Positions 19,578 to 30,707 of a DNA stretch of 64,000 nt are shown here, one piece after another. The translations under genes and the position numbers were made by a program. Below the pieces are notes generated by a model. It did no database searches, was not told the origin of the DNA, and saw only the letters and a program-made list of their open reading frames with translations. This stretch comes from an uncultured Prolixibacteraceae bacterium (lineage in GTDB: Bacteria > Bacteroidota > Bacteroidia > Bacteroidales > Prolixibacteraceae): assembly GCA_964567485.1 (NCBI GenBank), contig CAZMMX010000003.1:68781-132780 (forward strand), given 5' to 3'. How positions within the stretch are numbered: the stretch's first letter is position 1; every line of letters begins with the position of its first letter.

Positions 19578-20351
19578 TTGATCTCAAAAGAAACCAGTTT
19601 GCACAATAGGGAGAAAAAGACATACTTTGTTTCCGATGTTCACCTGGGAGCTCCTGCCTTAAAGGATAACAGGGAGCGGGAACTTCTTTTTGCATCGTGG
19701 CTCAGGGAGATGGGAAAGGATGCCGAAGCGGTATACCTGATGGGCGATATCTTCGATTACTGGTTTGAATACAAGACGGTGGTTCCACGAGGGTTCACAC
19801 GGGTTCTGGGCGCCATTGCCTCCCTGACCGATCAGGGCATTCCGGTTCATTTTTTCACCGGCAACCATGATGTCTGGGCATTTGATTACCTGCCCGCTGA
19901 AACCGGCATGGTGGTCCACCGGGAACCGGTAAGGTGCACCATTGGGGATAAGCGTTTTTTCCTGGCTCATGGTGACGGCCTCGACGCCAGCGATAAGGGT
20001 TATATCCTGCTGAAAAGGTTTTTCACCAGCAAAACCCTGCAATGGATGTACGCCCGCATTCATCCCGACCTGACCATCCGCCTGGCACACCACTGGTCCA
20101 AAAACAGCCGACTGTCCAAAAAAACTGAAGGGACCAAATGGATGGGAGAAAAAGAAGGAATTTATAAATTTGCACAGTCGGTTTCCGAAAAGGAAGAAGT
20201 CGACTTTTTCGTATTCGGTCACCGTCACCGCACGGCCAACATGGCCGTTGGTGAAAAAAGCCGGCTTATCCTCCTGGGGGACTGGATATCTACCTTTTCC
20301 TATGGGGTATTTGACGGCAGCAGGTTTGAGCTCAAGATATACAACCATTAA
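19578..20351 (+). CDS. lpxH: UDP-2,3-diacylglucosamine diphosphatase
   Basis: Metallophosphoesterase strings YFVSDVHLG, LMGDIFDYWFEYK, TGNHD, LAHGDG and FGHRH. There is no in-frame ATG before the DVHLG motif, so the start is TTG 19578 or TTG 19599 and remains uncertain. Confidence 0.85.
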   Translation: MISKETSLHNREKKTYFVSDVHLGAPALKDNRERELLFASWLREMGKDAEAVYLMGDIFDYWFEYKTVVPRGFTRVLGAIASLTDQGIPVHFFTGNHDVWAFDYLPAETGMVVHREPVRCTIGDKRFFLAHGDGLDASDKGYILLKRFFTSKTLQWMYARIHPDLTIRLAHHWSKNSRLSKKTEGTKWMGEKEGIYKFAQSVSEKEEVDFFVFGHRHRTANMAVGEKSRLILLGDWISTFSYGVFDGSRFELKIYNH

Positions 20352-20373
20352 GTTGACCCATACAACGATCTGA

Positions 20374-21456
20374 ATGAAAAAAAACATCTACAGCGTTATC
20401 ATAGGTTCAGGCAGTTATCTTCCGCCGGTAGTGGTTGACAACAGCCAATTTCTCGGGAGTCACTTTTTTGATCCCGCCACGCGTACTCCCTATGAAAAAG
20501 ATAACCAGGAAATAATAGAAAAATTCAGGGAGATCACCAATATTTCAGAGCGACGCTATTGTTTGCCCGAAGAGAACACTTCAGACCTGGGGTACAAGGC
20601 AGCCTTGGATGCCATCACCTCATCGGGGATTGATCCCGAAAGTCTCGATTTCATCCTTGCCGCCCATAATTTCGGAGATGTCACCTCTGAGGCCATGCGT
20701 TCTGACATGATGCCGGGGATTTCAGCACGCATCAAGCGGAAGCTGGGGCTGAGGAACCCGAGCATGTTCACCAATGATATCATCGCCGGCTGCCCTGGCT
20801 GGGTACAGGCGTTGATCATCGCCGATCTCTTCCTTAAAAGCGGGCAGTACCAGCGGGGCATGGTCGTGGGCACCGATGTGACCAGCAGGGCTGCCGACCC
20901 CTACGACAGGGACGCCATGATTTTTGCCGATGGCGCCGGGGCAGTGATCCTGGAAGCCCGGGAAAGCGAAGAACCGGTAGGTATCCTCTCCCATGCCATA
21001 CAGACCGACGCCATGGAATCCGGATTCCTGGTCATGGACCACTCCCTTAACCCGGCATACGAAACAAAGGATCTTTTCATCAGAATGCAGGGACACAAGG
21101 TGTATGTCTACGCCCTTACCAACGTACCCAAGGTAGTCAAAAGAAGCCTTCAGCTGGCAGGCCTCACCCTCTCCGACGTCAAAAAAGTACTTATCCATCA
21201 GGCCAACGAAAAAATGGACCAGGCCATTCTCGAAAGAGTCTTCAAACTATACAAGATAAAGGAGATTCCTGAAGATGTCATGCCCATGACCATTGGCTTT
21301 TTGGGAAATTCCTCCTCGGCAACGGTGCCTACGCTCTTTGACCTGGTGGCCAAGCAAAAACTGGGCGACCACCGCTTCAACAGCGGTGATGTCATCGTAC
21401 TCACATCGGTGGGTGCCGGAATGGTCATCAATTCCGTGGTCTATAAAATGCCCTGA
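20374..21456 (+). CDS. 3-oxoacyl-ACP synthase III (FabH-like KAS III) family protein
   Basis: 360-aa ORF with the active-site Cys string IIAGCPGWVQAL, a His string LIHQAN and an Asn string GNSSSATVP. Confidence 0.85.
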   Translation: MKKNIYSVIIGSGSYLPPVVVDNSQFLGSHFFDPATRTPYEKDNQEIIEKFREITNISERRYCLPEENTSDLGYKAALDAITSSGIDPESLDFILAAHNFGDVTSEAMRSDMMPGISARIKRKLGLRNPSMFTNDIIAGCPGWVQALIIADLFLKSGQYQRGMVVGTDVTSRAADPYDRDAMIFADGAGAVILEARESEEPVGILSHAIQTDAMESGFLVMDHSLNPAYETKDLFIRMQGHKVYVYALTNVPKVVKRSLQLAGLTLSDVKKVLIHQANEKMDQAILERVFKLYKIKEIPEDVMPMTIGFLGNSSSATVPTLFDLVAKQKLGDHRFNSGDVIVLTSVGAGMVINSVVYKMP

Positions 21457-21483
21457 TCCCTGCCCTGGTCACAGCGAGTAGCA

Positions 21484-21547
21484 CTTCCCCGTTTCCCGCG
21501 TCAGTGCCTTTCTGTCACCGCGGTATTCTCAATAATCCTCGGGGAAG
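21484..21547. terminator. nested imperfect hairpin between convergent KAS III and clpX genes
   Basis: CTTCCCCG (21484..21491) can pair with CGGGGAAG (21540..21547), enclosing a CCGCG/CGCGG inner helix. No U-tract follows, so its role as a terminator is only inferred from position. Confidence 0.25.
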
Positions 21548-21566
21548 AGATGTGCCGGTGTTTGGA

Positions 21567-22799
21567 CTAACTGGCCTTCAGCCTGTCAAGATGGGAATGT
21601 TCCAGTTTATCGGAGGCATACTCCCTGGTGATGCGGAGCATCTTGGTCTCCTGCGAAGGAGAATGGAACATATGGTCGATCATGATGCTCTCACAGATAG
21701 AGCGTAAACCACGGGCCCCCAGCTTATATTCTATGGCCTTGTCGACAATATACCACAGGGCTTCCTCATCGAAGCCGAGCTCGATATGGTCGAGCTCGAA
21801 GAGCTTAATATACTGCTTAATAATGGAATTTCTCGGCTCGGTGAGGATTTTCCGGAGGGTATCCCTGTCGAGGGGGTCGAGATAGGTGAGCACGGGAAGG
21901 CGGCCAATGATCTCGGGAATCATGCCGAAGGCTTTCAGGTCCTGGGGGGCGATGTACTGCAGGAGGTTTTCCCGTTCCACACGGTCGGCTTCGCGTGCCG
22001 CGCTGTAACCGATCACCCGGGTGTTCAGACGCTGGGCGATTTTCCGCTCTACACCGTCAAAGGCTCCCCCACAAATAAAGAGTATATTCTTGGTGTTCAC
22101 CGGAATCATCTTCTGCTCGGGATGCTTGCGCCCTCCCTGCGGCGGAACATTGACCACCGCCCCTTCAAGGAGCTTGAGCAGTCCCTGCTGAACCCCCTCT
22201 CCCGAAACGTCACGCGTGATCGAGGGGTTATCTCCCTTGCGGGCGATCTTGTCGATTTCGTCGATGAAGACAATTCCCCGTTCTGCAGCTTCCACGTTAT
22301 AATCGGCGACCTGCAGTAAACGGGTGAGCAGACTCTCAATGTCTTCCCCCACATAGCCGGCTTCGGTAAGCACCGTGGCATCTACTATGGTGAAGGGAAC
22401 ATGAAGCATGCGGGCGATGGTGCGGGCCAGCAAGGTCTTGCCGGTACCCGTCTCCCCCACCAAAATGATATTCGATTTTTCGATTTCGGTTTCGTCGTCT
22501 TTGACCTGCTGCGTCAACCGCTTGTAATGGTTATAAACAGCCACCGCCAGGGTCTTCTTGGCACTGTCCTGGCCGATCACATACTGGTCGAGGAAATCCT
22601 TGATTTCCATAGGCTTCATCAATTGGATGCCACTCAGGTCAAAAGAACCCTCTTTCTTCATCTCTTCGAGGATGATCGCATGGGCCTGCTCGGCACACCG
22701 GTCACATATGTGGCCGTCGATCCCTGCAATCAGCAGACTGACATCCTTTTTCTCCCGCCCACAGAAAGAACACTTATCCATTTTTCCTTTGACAGCCAT
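21567..22799 (-). CDS. clpX: ATP-dependent Clp protease ATP-binding subunit ClpX
   Basis: 410-aa ORF with the N-terminal zinc ribbon CSFCGR...CDRC, Walker [19 protein letters not shown] and GARGLRS. Confidence 0.95.
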   Translation of the reverse strand: MAVKGKMDKCSFCGREKKDVSLLIAGIDGHICDRCAEQAHAIILEEMKKEGSFDLSGIQLMKPMEIKDFLDQYVIGQDSAKKTLAVAVYNHYKRLTQQVKDDETEIEKSNIILVGETGTGKTLLARTIARMLHVPFTIVDATVLTEAGYVGEDIESLLTRLLQVADYNVEAAERGIVFIDEIDKIARKGDNPSITRDVSGEGVQQGLLKLLEGAVVNVPPQGGRKHPEQKMIPVNTKNILFICGGAFDGVERKIAQRLNTRVIGYSAAREADRVERENLLQYIAPQDLKAFGMIPEIIGRLPVLTYLDPLDRDTLRKILTEPRNSIIKQYIKLFELDHIELGFDEEALWYIVDKAIEYKLGARGLRSICESIMIDHMFHSPSQETKMLRITREYASDKLEHSHLDRLKAS

Positions 22800-22803
22800 A
22801 TGG

Positions 22804-23481
22804 TTATTTTGTCTCCCTCACCAGGATCTCATCAATCATCCCGTATTCCACGGCTTCTTCAGAAGTCATCCAATAATCCCTGTCGGCATCTTTTTCCACC
22901 TGTTCCACCGGTTTGCCGGAATGGATAGAGATGATGCTGTAAAGCTCCTTTTTAATTTTCATGATTTCACGGGCGGTGATCTCAATATCGGAAGCTTGTC
23001 CCGAGGCTCCGCCCATGGGCTGATGAATCATAATGCGGGAGTGCTTCAGCGCCGATCGTTTTCCTTTGGCTCCTGCCGTGAGGAGGATAGCCCCCATAGA
23101 AGCCGCCATGCCGGTGCAGATGGTGGCGATGTTGGCGGAAATATACTGCATGGTATCGTAAATACCCAGTCCCGCATATACCGATCCTCCCGGGGTATTG
23201 AAGTAAACCTGGATATCTTTCGACGGATCGGTCGATTCCAGGAAAAGCAACTGCGCCTGGATGATGTTGGCTACGGTATCGTCAATGGGAACTCCCAGGA
23301 AAATAATCCTGTCCATCATCAGGCGAGAGAATACGTCCATCGAAGCCACATTCAGCTGCCGCTCCTCGATGATGGTGGGAGATATGTAATAATCCTGTGC
23401 CGTGGTATAACGGTGCATCGTCATACTGCTGATCCCGGCATGCCTGACGGCATATTTGGCAAATTCATCATTCAGGTTCAT
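22804..23481 (-). CDS. clpP: ATP-dependent Clp protease proteolytic subunit ClpP
   Basis: 225-aa ORF with IIFLG..IDD..AN, the catalytic Ser string GMAASMGA and MIHQPMGG. It ends 4 nt upstream of clpX. Confidence 0.95.
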   Translation of the reverse strand: MNLNDEFAKYAVRHAGISSMTMHRYTTAQDYYISPTIIEERQLNVASMDVFSRLMMDRIIFLGVPIDDTVANIIQAQLLFLESTDPSKDIQVYFNTPGGSVYAGLGIYDTMQYISANIATICTGMAASMGAILLTAGAKGKRSALKHSRIMIHQPMGGASGQASDIEITAREIMKIKKELYSIISIHSGKPVEQVEKDADRDYWMTSEEAVEYGMIDEILVRETK

Positions 23482-23539
23482 CTCTTTTCCTCCAGGTTAA
23501 TGTTTGATAGCTCCGTACCCCCGGCACGGAGGGCATGGA

Positions 23540-23547
23540 CAAAGTTA
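23540..23547 (-). promoter_or_regulatory. -7 promoter box (TAACTTTG on minus strand) in the tig-clpP spacer
   Basis: Plus-strand CAAAGTTA, 59 nt upstream of the clpP ATG. A 6-bp hairpin CTCCGT/ACGGAG (23511..23531) lies between the box and the start codon. Confidence 0.35.
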
Positions 23548-23566
23548 ATAAAATAACAGGGAAGTG

Positions 23567-24940
23567 TCATTCTTCCGTTTCCGCATTGTTCTTCACCAAC
23601 GCTCCGAATTCCTCGGAGGAGACTTCCTTCTGGGTGATTCCGGCTTTTTCCCTGATCATGGCAAACACCTTGTCATCAAAGAGCCTGCGGACGATTTTTT
23701 CGCGGTCTTCCTCTTTTTCGAGGATTTTCTTTACGTAGTTGGCCAGGTGCTCCTCGGGGAGGTCATGAAGGCCATATTGCCGGAACTGCGAAATGGCGAT
23801 CTGGCGGGCCAAATCAGAAACCTCCTCTTCGGTGACATTGAGCTCCTGCTGACGGATCAGAGAATTACGGATCAGCTGCCAGCGAAGGTCACGGGTGAAA
23901 GCGTCGAAATCCTTTTCGATCTGTTCTTCAGTCATCTCCTTGTTGACCTCTTTGAGCCACCTTTTGAGGAACTCCTCGGGAAGGTCAAATTTCACGGTTT
24001 CCAGGAGGGTTTCACGCGCATCGAAGGCAAATTTCTGGTCCGAGGAGTGGGCGAGCTGTCCGGAAATCTCAGCAACCAGTTTTTCGCGGAACTGTTCCTC
24101 GGTGACGACCCCTGATTCGGGACCATATATTTTGGTAAACAACTCCTCGTTGAGTTCGGCTTTCCGGAAGTTAAGAACGGCTTTGATGGTAAAACGGAAT
24201 TCCCCGGAGAGGGTATCGGCAGCCTCATGAGTGATATTGAGCATGTGGCCCACTTCATGACGATCCTGGAAAACGACCACAGGATCAAAGACCACGACAT
24301 CACCGCTTTTTTTACCGGTGATGGCATTGCGGACGGCTTCGTCTTTCATCAGATCTACGGCAATGAGGACTCCCTCGGCGGTCACTCCGCCCTCCAGGGG
24401 GTTCCCCTCTTCTCCCAGCTGCACGAAATCACCACGCACGCTGCTGTTGGATTCCACCACTTCAGCTTCCTGGTTGGTGCCGAAGTTAGTGAGTACCGAT
24501 TCAATATTTTCATCGACCATCTTTTCGTCGACGGTGATCTTATAGTAGTTAAAGGGTCCCGACTGGGCCAGGTCAACGGTCACCTCGGGCGAAACGGCAA
24601 TGTCGAAGACAAACTCAAACTCATTGTCGGTATCCCAGTCGATTGGTTTCTGGTGCTCCAGGCTGGGAAGGGGATCTCCCAGGATGGAGATTTTCTCATC
24701 CTGGAGGTAGTTGGAAAGGTTATGGGACAGAAGGTTGTTCACCTCTTCGGCGAGCACGGGCCGTGCAAAACGTTTGTTGATCAGGGAGGCCGGAACCTTT
24801 CCGGGCCTGAATCCCGGCAGGGAGGCCTTGAGCCTGTATTCACGCAGCTTTTCAGCCACCGTCTTCTCATAATCAGCAGGCTCCACGACCACGCGTACCA
24901 CGGAATACCCCTTATCGCTCTCTTCTCTGGTAATCTTCAT
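23567..24940 (-). CDS. tig: trigger factor
   Basis: 457-aa acidic ORF with the ribosome-binding string LPGFRPGKVP. It sits in the tig-clpP-clpX order. Confidence 0.9.
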   Translation of the reverse strand: MKITREESDKGYSVVRVVVEPADYEKTVAEKLREYRLKASLPGFRPGKVPASLINKRFARPVLAEEVNNLLSHNLSNYLQDEKISILGDPLPSLEHQKPIDWDTDNEFEFVFDIAVSPEVTVDLAQSGPFNYYKITVDEKMVDENIESVLTNFGTNQEAEVVESNSSVRGDFVQLGEEGNPLEGGVTAEGVLIAVDLMKDEAVRNAITGKKSGDVVVFDPVVVFQDRHEVGHMLNITHEAADTLSGEFRFTIKAVLNFRKAELNEELFTKIYGPESGVVTEEQFREKLVAEISGQLAHSSDQKFAFDARETLLETVKFDLPEEFLKRWLKEVNKEMTEEQIEKDFDAFTRDLRWQLIRNSLIRQQELNVTEEEVSDLARQIAISQFRQYGLHDLPEEHLANYVKKILEKEEDREKIVRRLFDDKVFAMIREKAGITQKEVSSEEFGALVKNNAETEE

Positions 24941-24965
24941 AATTGTTAATACTATTCTGGGTTAC

Positions 24966-25012
24966 AAAAAAAAAACATGCGCCGGAAGGTCCCTGTTTGG
25001 GGGCTTTCCGGC
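24966..25012 (-). terminator. intrinsic terminator after tRNA-Leu
   Basis: On the minus strand, GCCGGAAAG...CCTTCCGGC forms 8 bp with one mismatch, followed by GCATG and a run of 10 T (plus-strand A-run 24966..24975). It lies immediately downstream of the tRNA 3' end. Confidence 0.55.
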
Positions 25013-25018
25013 CGGAGG

Positions 25019-25100
25019 TGCGGACGAAGGGACTCGAACCCCCACGCCGTAAGGCACCAGATCCTAAGTCTGGCACGTCTACCAATTCCGCCACGTCCGC
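25019..25100 (-). tRNA. tRNA-Leu (anticodon UAG), CCA not encoded
   Basis: 82-nt cloverleaf with acceptor GCGGACG/CGTCCGC, D-region GGCGGAATTGGTAGAC, anticodon arm CCAGA-CTTAGGA-TCTGG, a long variable arm and T-loop TTCGAGT. It closely resembles enterobacterial tRNA-Leu as I remember it. Confidence 0.85.
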
Positions 25101-25111
25101 AAATCGAGGCG

Positions 25112-25119
25112 CAAAGGTA
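25112..25119 (-). promoter_or_regulatory. -7 promoter box (TACCTTTG on minus strand) for tRNA-Leu
   Basis: Plus-strand CAAAGGTA, 12 nt upstream of the mature tRNA 5' end. Confidence 0.45.
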
Positions 25120-25178
25120 GTTAATTTTTTTATTGACGTAATTCCGCCAGGCCCTGAATCTTCAAAAAAATCAGCAGT

Positions 25179-25901
25179 TTAACGCAATGTAAAATTCTGG
25201 CCGAGATAGACTTTACGGACCACCTCATCATTGGCCAGGTCGTGCGCCGATCCCGATTTAAGGATGCTTCCCTCGAAAAGAAGATAGGAACGGTCGGTGA
25301 TGGAGAGGGTTTCGTGTACATTATGGTCGGTGATCAGAACACCGATATTTTTGGCTTTCAGGCGGGTGACGATATTCTGGATATCTTCGACGGCGATAGG
25401 GTCCACGCCGGCAAAGGGCTCATCGAGAAGGATGAACTTGGGGTCTATGGCCAGGGCCCGGGCAATCTCGGTACGGCGGCGTTCTCCCCCCGAAAGCTGG
25501 TACCCCTTGCTCTTGCGGATATGCTGAAGCCCGAATTCCACCAACAACGACTCCAGTTTCTCATTCTGGTATTCGCGGGTGTAATTGGTCATCTCCAGCA
25601 CCGCTCTCAGGTTGTCTTCGATGCTGAGTTTGCGGAAAACACTCGCCTCCTGTGCCAGATAGCCGATTCCCAACTGTGCCCGCTTGTACACCGGCAACCG
25701 GGTGATCTCCTCGTCGTTCAGGTAAATACTGCCCGAAAAAGGCTGGATAAGCCCCACGATCATGTAAAAAGAGGTCGTCTTCCCCGCTCCGTTGGGCCCC
25801 AGCAACCCCACGATTTCCCCTTGATGCACCTCAAAACTGACGCCGTTGACCACCGTCCTTTTCCTGTACTTCTTGACAATATTTTCAGCTCTTAATATCA
25901 T
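25179..25901 (-). CDS. lptB: LPS export ABC transporter ATP-binding protein
   Basis: 240-aa ORF with Walker [10 protein letters not shown], the ABC signature LSGGERRR, Walker [13 protein letters not shown] and the LptB-type C-terminus VYLGQNF. Confidence 0.9.
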   Translation of the reverse strand: MILRAENIVKKYRKRTVVNGVSFEVHQGEIVGLLGPNGAGKTTSFYMIVGLIQPFSGSIYLNDEEITRLPVYKRAQLGIGYLAQEASVFRKLSIEDNLRAVLEMTNYTREYQNEKLESLLVEFGLQHIRKSKGYQLSGGERRRTEIARALAIDPKFILLDEPFAGVDPIAVEDIQNIVTRLKAKNIGVLITDHNVHETLSITDRSYLLFEGSILKSGSAHDLANDEVVRKVYLGQNFTLR

Positions 25902-25919
25902 GACTTTCCATATCAGGGT

Positions 25920-26804
25920 TTAGGCGGCCGCCGCCCTCTTCTCTTTCTTCTCCATGTTTCTGACCACCCGCGCCGAAATGAAAATGCTCACCTCATACAG
26001 AATGAGAAGGGGAATGGCCACCAGGATCTGGCTGAAGACATCGGGCGGGGTGATGATGGCCGACAACAGAACCAGAACCACAATGGCATGTTTCCGGTAG
26101 GTACGCATAAACCCCGGCGTCAGCAAACCTACCTTGGTCAGGGAATAAGAAAACACAGGCAACAGGAATACCACGCCCGCAGCAAAGACAATGCTGACCA
26201 CCATACTGATATAGGAGGTGATGTTGATCTGGTTAGAAACATCGGGACTGATGGAGTAGCTGCTGAAAAACTGGATCGACAGGGGAACGATCAGGTAATA
26301 CCCGAACAGAAGCCCCAGGATAAAAAGAAAGGTGGTATAGAAGACCGCACCTGTGGCCACCCTTTTTTCATGTTCGTAGAGTGCCGGCCTGATGAACTTC
26401 CAGAACTCCATAAACACCACAGGGGCAGCAAGAATCAGTCCGGCCACCATGGCTGTCCACATCGACATGTTAAACTGCCCGGGCATCTTGATGTTGATCA
26501 GCTCTATCTCTTGCTGGTTAATCCGCAGGCTCTCAGTCCCCAAACGATCAGCCATCAGGGCAAACATCCTGTTGGTCCAGAAATCCGGTGACTTGGGCTT
26601 AAAAATAATCTCATGAAAAATAAAGTCCTGGATGATAAAGGCAAACACAGCCAGTACAAAAACGGCAATCAGAGAACGGATGATGTGCCACCGCAGCTCT
26701 TCCAGATGGTCAAGGAAGGACATTTCGCCCGCTTTTTCCTTTTCCTTCCTCTCCCTGTTTTCGAGTGCCTTTTTCTCCCTGTTACTGCTTATACCCATCG
26801 GCAT
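25920..26804 (-). CDS. tatC: twin-arginine translocase subunit TatC
   Basis: Polytopic ORF with MSFLDHLEELRWHIIRS after a Lys/Glu-rich N-terminal extension. The alternative start ATG 26723 cannot be excluded. No tatA is adjacent. Confidence 0.88.
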   Translation of the reverse strand: MPMGISSNREKKALENRERKEKEKAGEMSFLDHLEELRWHIIRSLIAVFVLAVFAFIIQDFIFHEIIFKPKSPDFWTNRMFALMADRLGTESLRINQQEIELINIKMPGQFNMSMWTAMVAGLILAAPVVFMEFWKFIRPALYEHEKRVATGAVFYTTFLFILGLLFGYYLIVPLSIQFFSSYSISPDVSNQINITSYISMVVSIVFAAGVVFLLPVFSYSLTKVGLLTPGFMRTYRKHAIVVLVLLSAIITPPDVFSQILVAIPLLILYEVSIFISARVVRNMEKKEKRAAAA

Positions 26805-26830
26805 CAGATTACTTATGTTGTTAAACCCTG

Positions 26831-26838
26831 CAAATATA
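26831..26838 (-). promoter_or_regulatory. -7 promoter box (TATATTTG on minus strand) for tatC-lptB
   Basis: Plus-strand CAAATATA, 27 nt upstream of ATG 26804. Confidence 0.4.
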
Positions 26839-26979
26839 GCGACTTCCCCTGAACTGCACCTTTATCGGCTTCTTTAATTATTTCTAAAAATTTTTAGTTA
26901 TGCTTGTCCTTTGGAGAACTTTGATTAATTTAGTTAGCTTTTAAAAAAGAGGTTACTATTTATAGGAAAAAAAATACTG

Positions 26980-29163
26980 ATGTCAAGGAAAACTGAATTA
27001 ACAGGATACCTCCAGAAATATTTCGGATTTGACAGGTTCAAAGGGGAACAGGAAGAGGCCATTTTGAGCGTTTTGGAAGGGAACAACATCTTCGTGCTGA
27101 TGCCCACAGGCGGGGGTAAGTCGCTGATATACCAATTGCCGGCCGTGATGATGGAGGGCACAGCCATTGTAATATCTCCGCTGATCGCTTTGATGAAGAA
27201 CCAGGTAGACTCGATGAGGGGGATCTCGATGGAAGACAACATTGCCCATTTCCTCAATTCTTCATTGTCGAAGTCAGCCATTCAAGAGGTAAAGGACGAT
27301 GTTACGGCAGGGAAGACCAAGTTACTCTATGTGGCCCCCGAGTCCCTGACCAAGGAAGAGAACGTGGAGTTTCTCAAGAACATCAAAATTTCGTTTTATG
27401 CTGTGGATGAAGCGCATTGTATTTCTGAGTGGGGTCATGATTTCAGGCCTGAATACCGGAGGATCAGGCCTATCGTGCAGGAGATCGGCGCAGCGCCCAT
27501 CATAGCCCTGACGGCAACGGCCACCGCCAAGGTGCAACATGATATCCAGAAGAACCTGGGCATCCTGGATGCCAGGGTTTTCAAGGCCTCCTTCAACCGG
27601 CCCAATCTTTACTATGAGGTGCGGCCCAAGATCAAACCCGAAAACCAGATTATCCGATTCATCAAGGAAAATCCCGGTAAATCGGGGATCATCTATTGCC
27701 TGAGCCGGAAAAAGGTGGAAGAACTCGCTGAAACACTGAGAATTAACGAAATCAAGGTCTTGCCTTACCATGCCGGCATGGATGCCGCCACCCGCAGTCT
27801 GAACCAGGACAGGTTTCTCATGGAGGAGGTCGACGTGATGGTCGCCACCATCGCCTTTGGCATGGGGATCGACAAACCCGACGTGCGGTATGTCATCCAC
27901 TATGATATCCCCAAGAGCCTCGAGGGGTATTACCAGGAAACCGGGCGTGCCGGCCGCGACGGCGGAGAGGGGAAATGCATCACCTTTTACAGCTACAAGG
28001 ATATCCAGAAACTCGACAAGTTCATGCATGGCAAACCGGTGGCAGAACAGGAAATCGGCCGCCAGCTGCTGCTCGACACCGTCTCCTATGCCGAAACCGC
28101 CATCTGCCGCCGCATCATCCTGCTCCACTATTTCGGGGAAAAATATGAGTCCGAAAATTGCGGAAACTGCGACAACTGCCTTAATCCCAAGGAGATCCTG
28201 GAAGCCAGCGACGAGGTGGTACGGGCACTGGAAACTATCCATGAAGTCAAGGAAAAATATAAGGCCGAACATATTGCCGACATCCTGGTGGGGAAACCCT
28301 CAGCGGCAGTCAAATCCTTCCACCACGATGAACTGGAATCTTTCGGGACGGGAGACGACCACGACGAGCATTTCTGGAATGCCGTCTTCAGGCAGTCTAT
28401 GGTGGCCGGACTGATCACCAAGGATATCGAGAATTACGGGTTACTGAAAATCACCCCCGCAGGCCATGAATTCATGCAGAATCCCCGGCCCTTCCAGCTG
28501 GTTAAAAACCACCGTTATGAAGACGAAGAGGATGATTCGGCATCGGGTGCCCCGGCCGGAGGATCGGGAGGAGATCCCGAGCTTTTTAACATGCTGAAGG
28601 AACTCCGCAAAAGCATCGCCAAAAAACACAACCTCCCCCCCTATGTCATCTTTCAGGATCCTTCCCTGGCCGATATGTCGATTCAATACCCCATCACCTT
28701 CGACGAACTCCAGAAGATCCAGGGTGTCGGACAGGGAAAAGCACAGCGCTATGGCAAGGAATTTCTCTCCCTGATCAGCAAATATGTCGAAGAGAACGAG
28801 ATTGAAAGGCCCCAGGACCTGGTAGTGCGCCAGGTGGCCAACAAATCAAAGATGAAGGTGTACATCATCCAAAGCATCGACAGAAAGATCTCCCTCGAAG
28901 ATATCGCCGAAGCAAAGGGCATCGAATTTGCTGAACTACTGAGTGAAATCGAGGCCATCGTCAATTCAGGGACCCACATCAACATCGATTATTATATCAA
29001 TGAGGTGCTCGACGAAGAACAACAGGAAGAGGTTTTCGACTATTTCCGTGCAACCGAGAACGATTCCGTAGAGGCAGCCATTGCCGAACTGGGGGAAGAG
29101 GAATACAGCGAAGATTATATCCGACTGATGCGTATCAAGTTTCTTTCCGACATGGGCAATTGA
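26980..29163 (+). CDS. recQ: ATP-dependent DNA helicase RecQ
   Basis: 727-aa ORF with MPTGGGKSLIYQLP, DEAH box AVDEAHCISEWGHDFRPEY, the RecQ zinc-binding Cys cluster CRRIILLHYFGE...CGNCDNC, and a C-terminal HRDC-like region. Confidence 0.93.
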   Translation: MSRKTELTGYLQKYFGFDRFKGEQEEAILSVLEGNNIFVLMPTGGGKSLIYQLPAVMMEGTAIVISPLIALMKNQVDSMRGISMEDNIAHFLNSSLSKSAIQEVKDDVTAGKTKLLYVAPESLTKEENVEFLKNIKISFYAVDEAHCISEWGHDFRPEYRRIRPIVQEIGAAPIIALTATATAKVQHDIQKNLGILDARVFKASFNRPNLYYEVRPKIKPENQIIRFIKENPGKSGIIYCLSRKKVEELAETLRINEIKVLPYHAGMDAATRSLNQDRFLMEEVDVMVATIAFGMGIDKPDVRYVIHYDIPKSLEGYYQETGRAGRDGGEGKCITFYSYKDIQKLDKFMHGKPVAEQEIGRQLLLDTVSYAETAICRRIILLHYFGEKYESENCGNCDNCLNPKEILEASDEVVRALETIHEVKEKYKAEHIADILVGKPSAAVKSFHHDELESFGTGDDHDEHFWNAVFRQSMVAGLITKDIENYGLLKITPAGHEFMQNPRPFQLVKNHRYEDEEDDSASGAPAGGSGGDPELFNMLKELRKSIAKKHNLPPYVIFQDPSLADMSIQYPITFDELQKIQGVGQGKAQRYGKEFLSLISKYVEENEIERPQDLVVRQVANKSKMKVYIIQSIDRKISLEDIAEAKGIEFAELLSEIEAIVNSGTHINIDYYINEVLDEEQQEEVFDYFRATENDSVEAAIAELGEEEYSEDYIRLMRIKFLSDMGN

Positions 29164-29204
29164 GGAGTCCCCCCCCTTTGGGGTGAGAATTAAAGAATTT
29201 TGAA

Positions 29205-29212
29205 TATTTTTG
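29205..29212 (+). promoter_or_regulatory. -7 promoter box TATTTTTG upstream of ahcY
   Basis: Exact TAnnTTTG match 21 nt upstream of ATG 29233. Confidence 0.4.
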
Positions 29213-29232
29213 CCCAAAATTTCTAAAACACG

Positions 29233-30645
29233 ATGGAAGGAAAGATGATGAACAATTATAAGGTAGCCGATATTCATCTGGCTGATTTTGGAAGGAAAGA
29301 GATAGAGATTGCGGAGAAGGAGATGCCGGGGCTGATGTCGATCAGGCGGAGGTTCAGTGCTGCTCAGCCGCTGAAGGGTGCCCGAATCACGGGAAGTCTT
29401 CACATGACGGTTCAAACCGCAGTGCTCATTGAGACACTGGCGGCCCTGGGCGCAGAAGTGCGCTGGGCCAGTTGCAATATTTTCTCCACACAGGACCACG
29501 CCGCTGCAGCCATTGCCAGCACGGGGATTCCCGTATTTGCCTGGAAAGGAGAATCCCTGGAAGAGTATTGGTGGTGTACCGACCGCGCCCTCGATTTCGG
29601 GGAGGGCAAGGGTCCCCACCTTATCGTTGACGACGGAGGAGACGCCACTCTGATGGTTCACCGCGGATATCAGGCCGAAAAAGACCCCTCGGTGCTCGAC
29701 CGGCCCGCCGATGGAGAAGATGAAGTTCAGCTGAACGCCATCCTCCGGAAAATCCTCCATGAAACCCCCACCCGCTGGAGTAACGCCGCCCGCGACATCA
29801 GGGGAGTCTCCGAAGAGACCACCACAGGGGTACACCGTCTTTACCAAATGAAGGAAAACGGAGAACTCCTGTTCCCTGCCATCAACGTGAACGACTCAGT
29901 AACCAAGTCGAAATTCGACAATCTCTACGGTTGCCGGGAATCCCTGGCCGATGGTATTAAAAGGGCTACCGATGTGATGATCGCTGGCAAGGTAGTGATC
30001 GTGGCCGGTTATGGCGACGTGGGTAAAGGATGTGCCCGCTCCATGCGGGGTTACGGCGCCCGCGTGATCGTCACCGAAATCGACCCCATCTGTGCCCTGC
30101 AGGCTGCCATGGAAGGCTTTGAAGTGAAAACCATGGAAGAAGCCCTGCCCGAAGGAAATATCTTTGTGACCACCACCGGAAACCGTGACGTGATCACCGC
30201 AGACCACATGGCCACCATGAAAGACCAGGCCATCGTTTGCAATATCGGCCACTTCGATAACGAAATCCAGGTAGCAAGGCTCGAAAAATGGCCGGGAATC
30301 GTGAAATTGAATATCAAACCGCAGGTCGATAAATATACTTTCAGTGACGGACATGCCATATTCCTGCTGGCTGAAGGAAGGCTGGTCAACCTGGGATGCG
30401 CCACCGGCCACCCCTCTTTTGTGATGAGCAACTCCTTCACAAATCAGACACTGGCACAACTGGAACTGTGGCAGAACAACCCGGAGATTGGGGTTTACCG
30501 TCTTCCCAAACACCTCGACGAAGAGGTGGCCCGTCTCCACCTGGAACAGCTGGGAGTCACACTCACCACCCTCACCAAAGAGCAGGCCGACTATATCGGG
30601 GTGCCCGCAAAAGGACCCTACAAGCCGGAACACTACCGCTACTGA
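29233..30645 (+). CDS. ahcY: adenosylhomocysteinase
   Basis: 470-aa ORF with [61 protein letters not shown] and GHFDNEI. Confidence 0.95.
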   Translation: MEGKMMNNYKVADIHLADFGRKEIEIAEKEMPGLMSIRRRFSAAQPLKGARITGSLHMTVQTAVLIETLAALGAEVRWASCNIFSTQDHAAAAIASTGIPVFAWKGESLEEYWWCTDRALDFGEGKGPHLIVDDGGDATLMVHRGYQAEKDPSVLDRPADGEDEVQLNAILRKILHETPTRWSNAARDIRGVSEETTTGVHRLYQMKENGELLFPAINVNDSVTKSKFDNLYGCRESLADGIKRATDVMIAGKVVIVAGYGDVGKGCARSMRGYGARVIVTEIDPICALQAAMEGFEVKTMEEALPEGNIFVTTTGNRDVITADHMATMKDQAIVCNIGHFDNEIQVARLEKWPGIVKLNIKPQVDKYTFSDGHAIFLLAEGRLVNLGCATGHPSFVMSNSFTNQTLAQLELWQNNPEIGVYRLPKHLDEEVARLHLEQLGVTLTTLTKEQADYIGVPAKGPYKPEHYRY

Positions 30646-30707
30646 TCCTCTCAGGAGGGAATGGTTCCTCCCTGCCGGGAAAAACGGACTTTCCCGCAAC
30701 CATGGCC

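Noticed and set aside
19578-21456. lpxH followed 22 nt later by a FabH-like KAS III gene. I considered a dedicated lipid A acyl-primer module.
   Set aside because: Adjacency is the only evidence. Nothing in either sequence points to a functional link.
29169-29176. C8 homopolymer right after the recQ stop, considered as a phase-variation tract.
   Set aside because: It lies outside any coding sequence and upstream of the ahcY -7 box. More likely it is part of a weak CCCC/GGGG hairpin.
29164-29232. Possible SAH riboswitch upstream of ahcY.
   Set aside because: The spacer is only 69 bp and a -7 box sits 21 nt before the ATG, which leaves no room for an aptamer.
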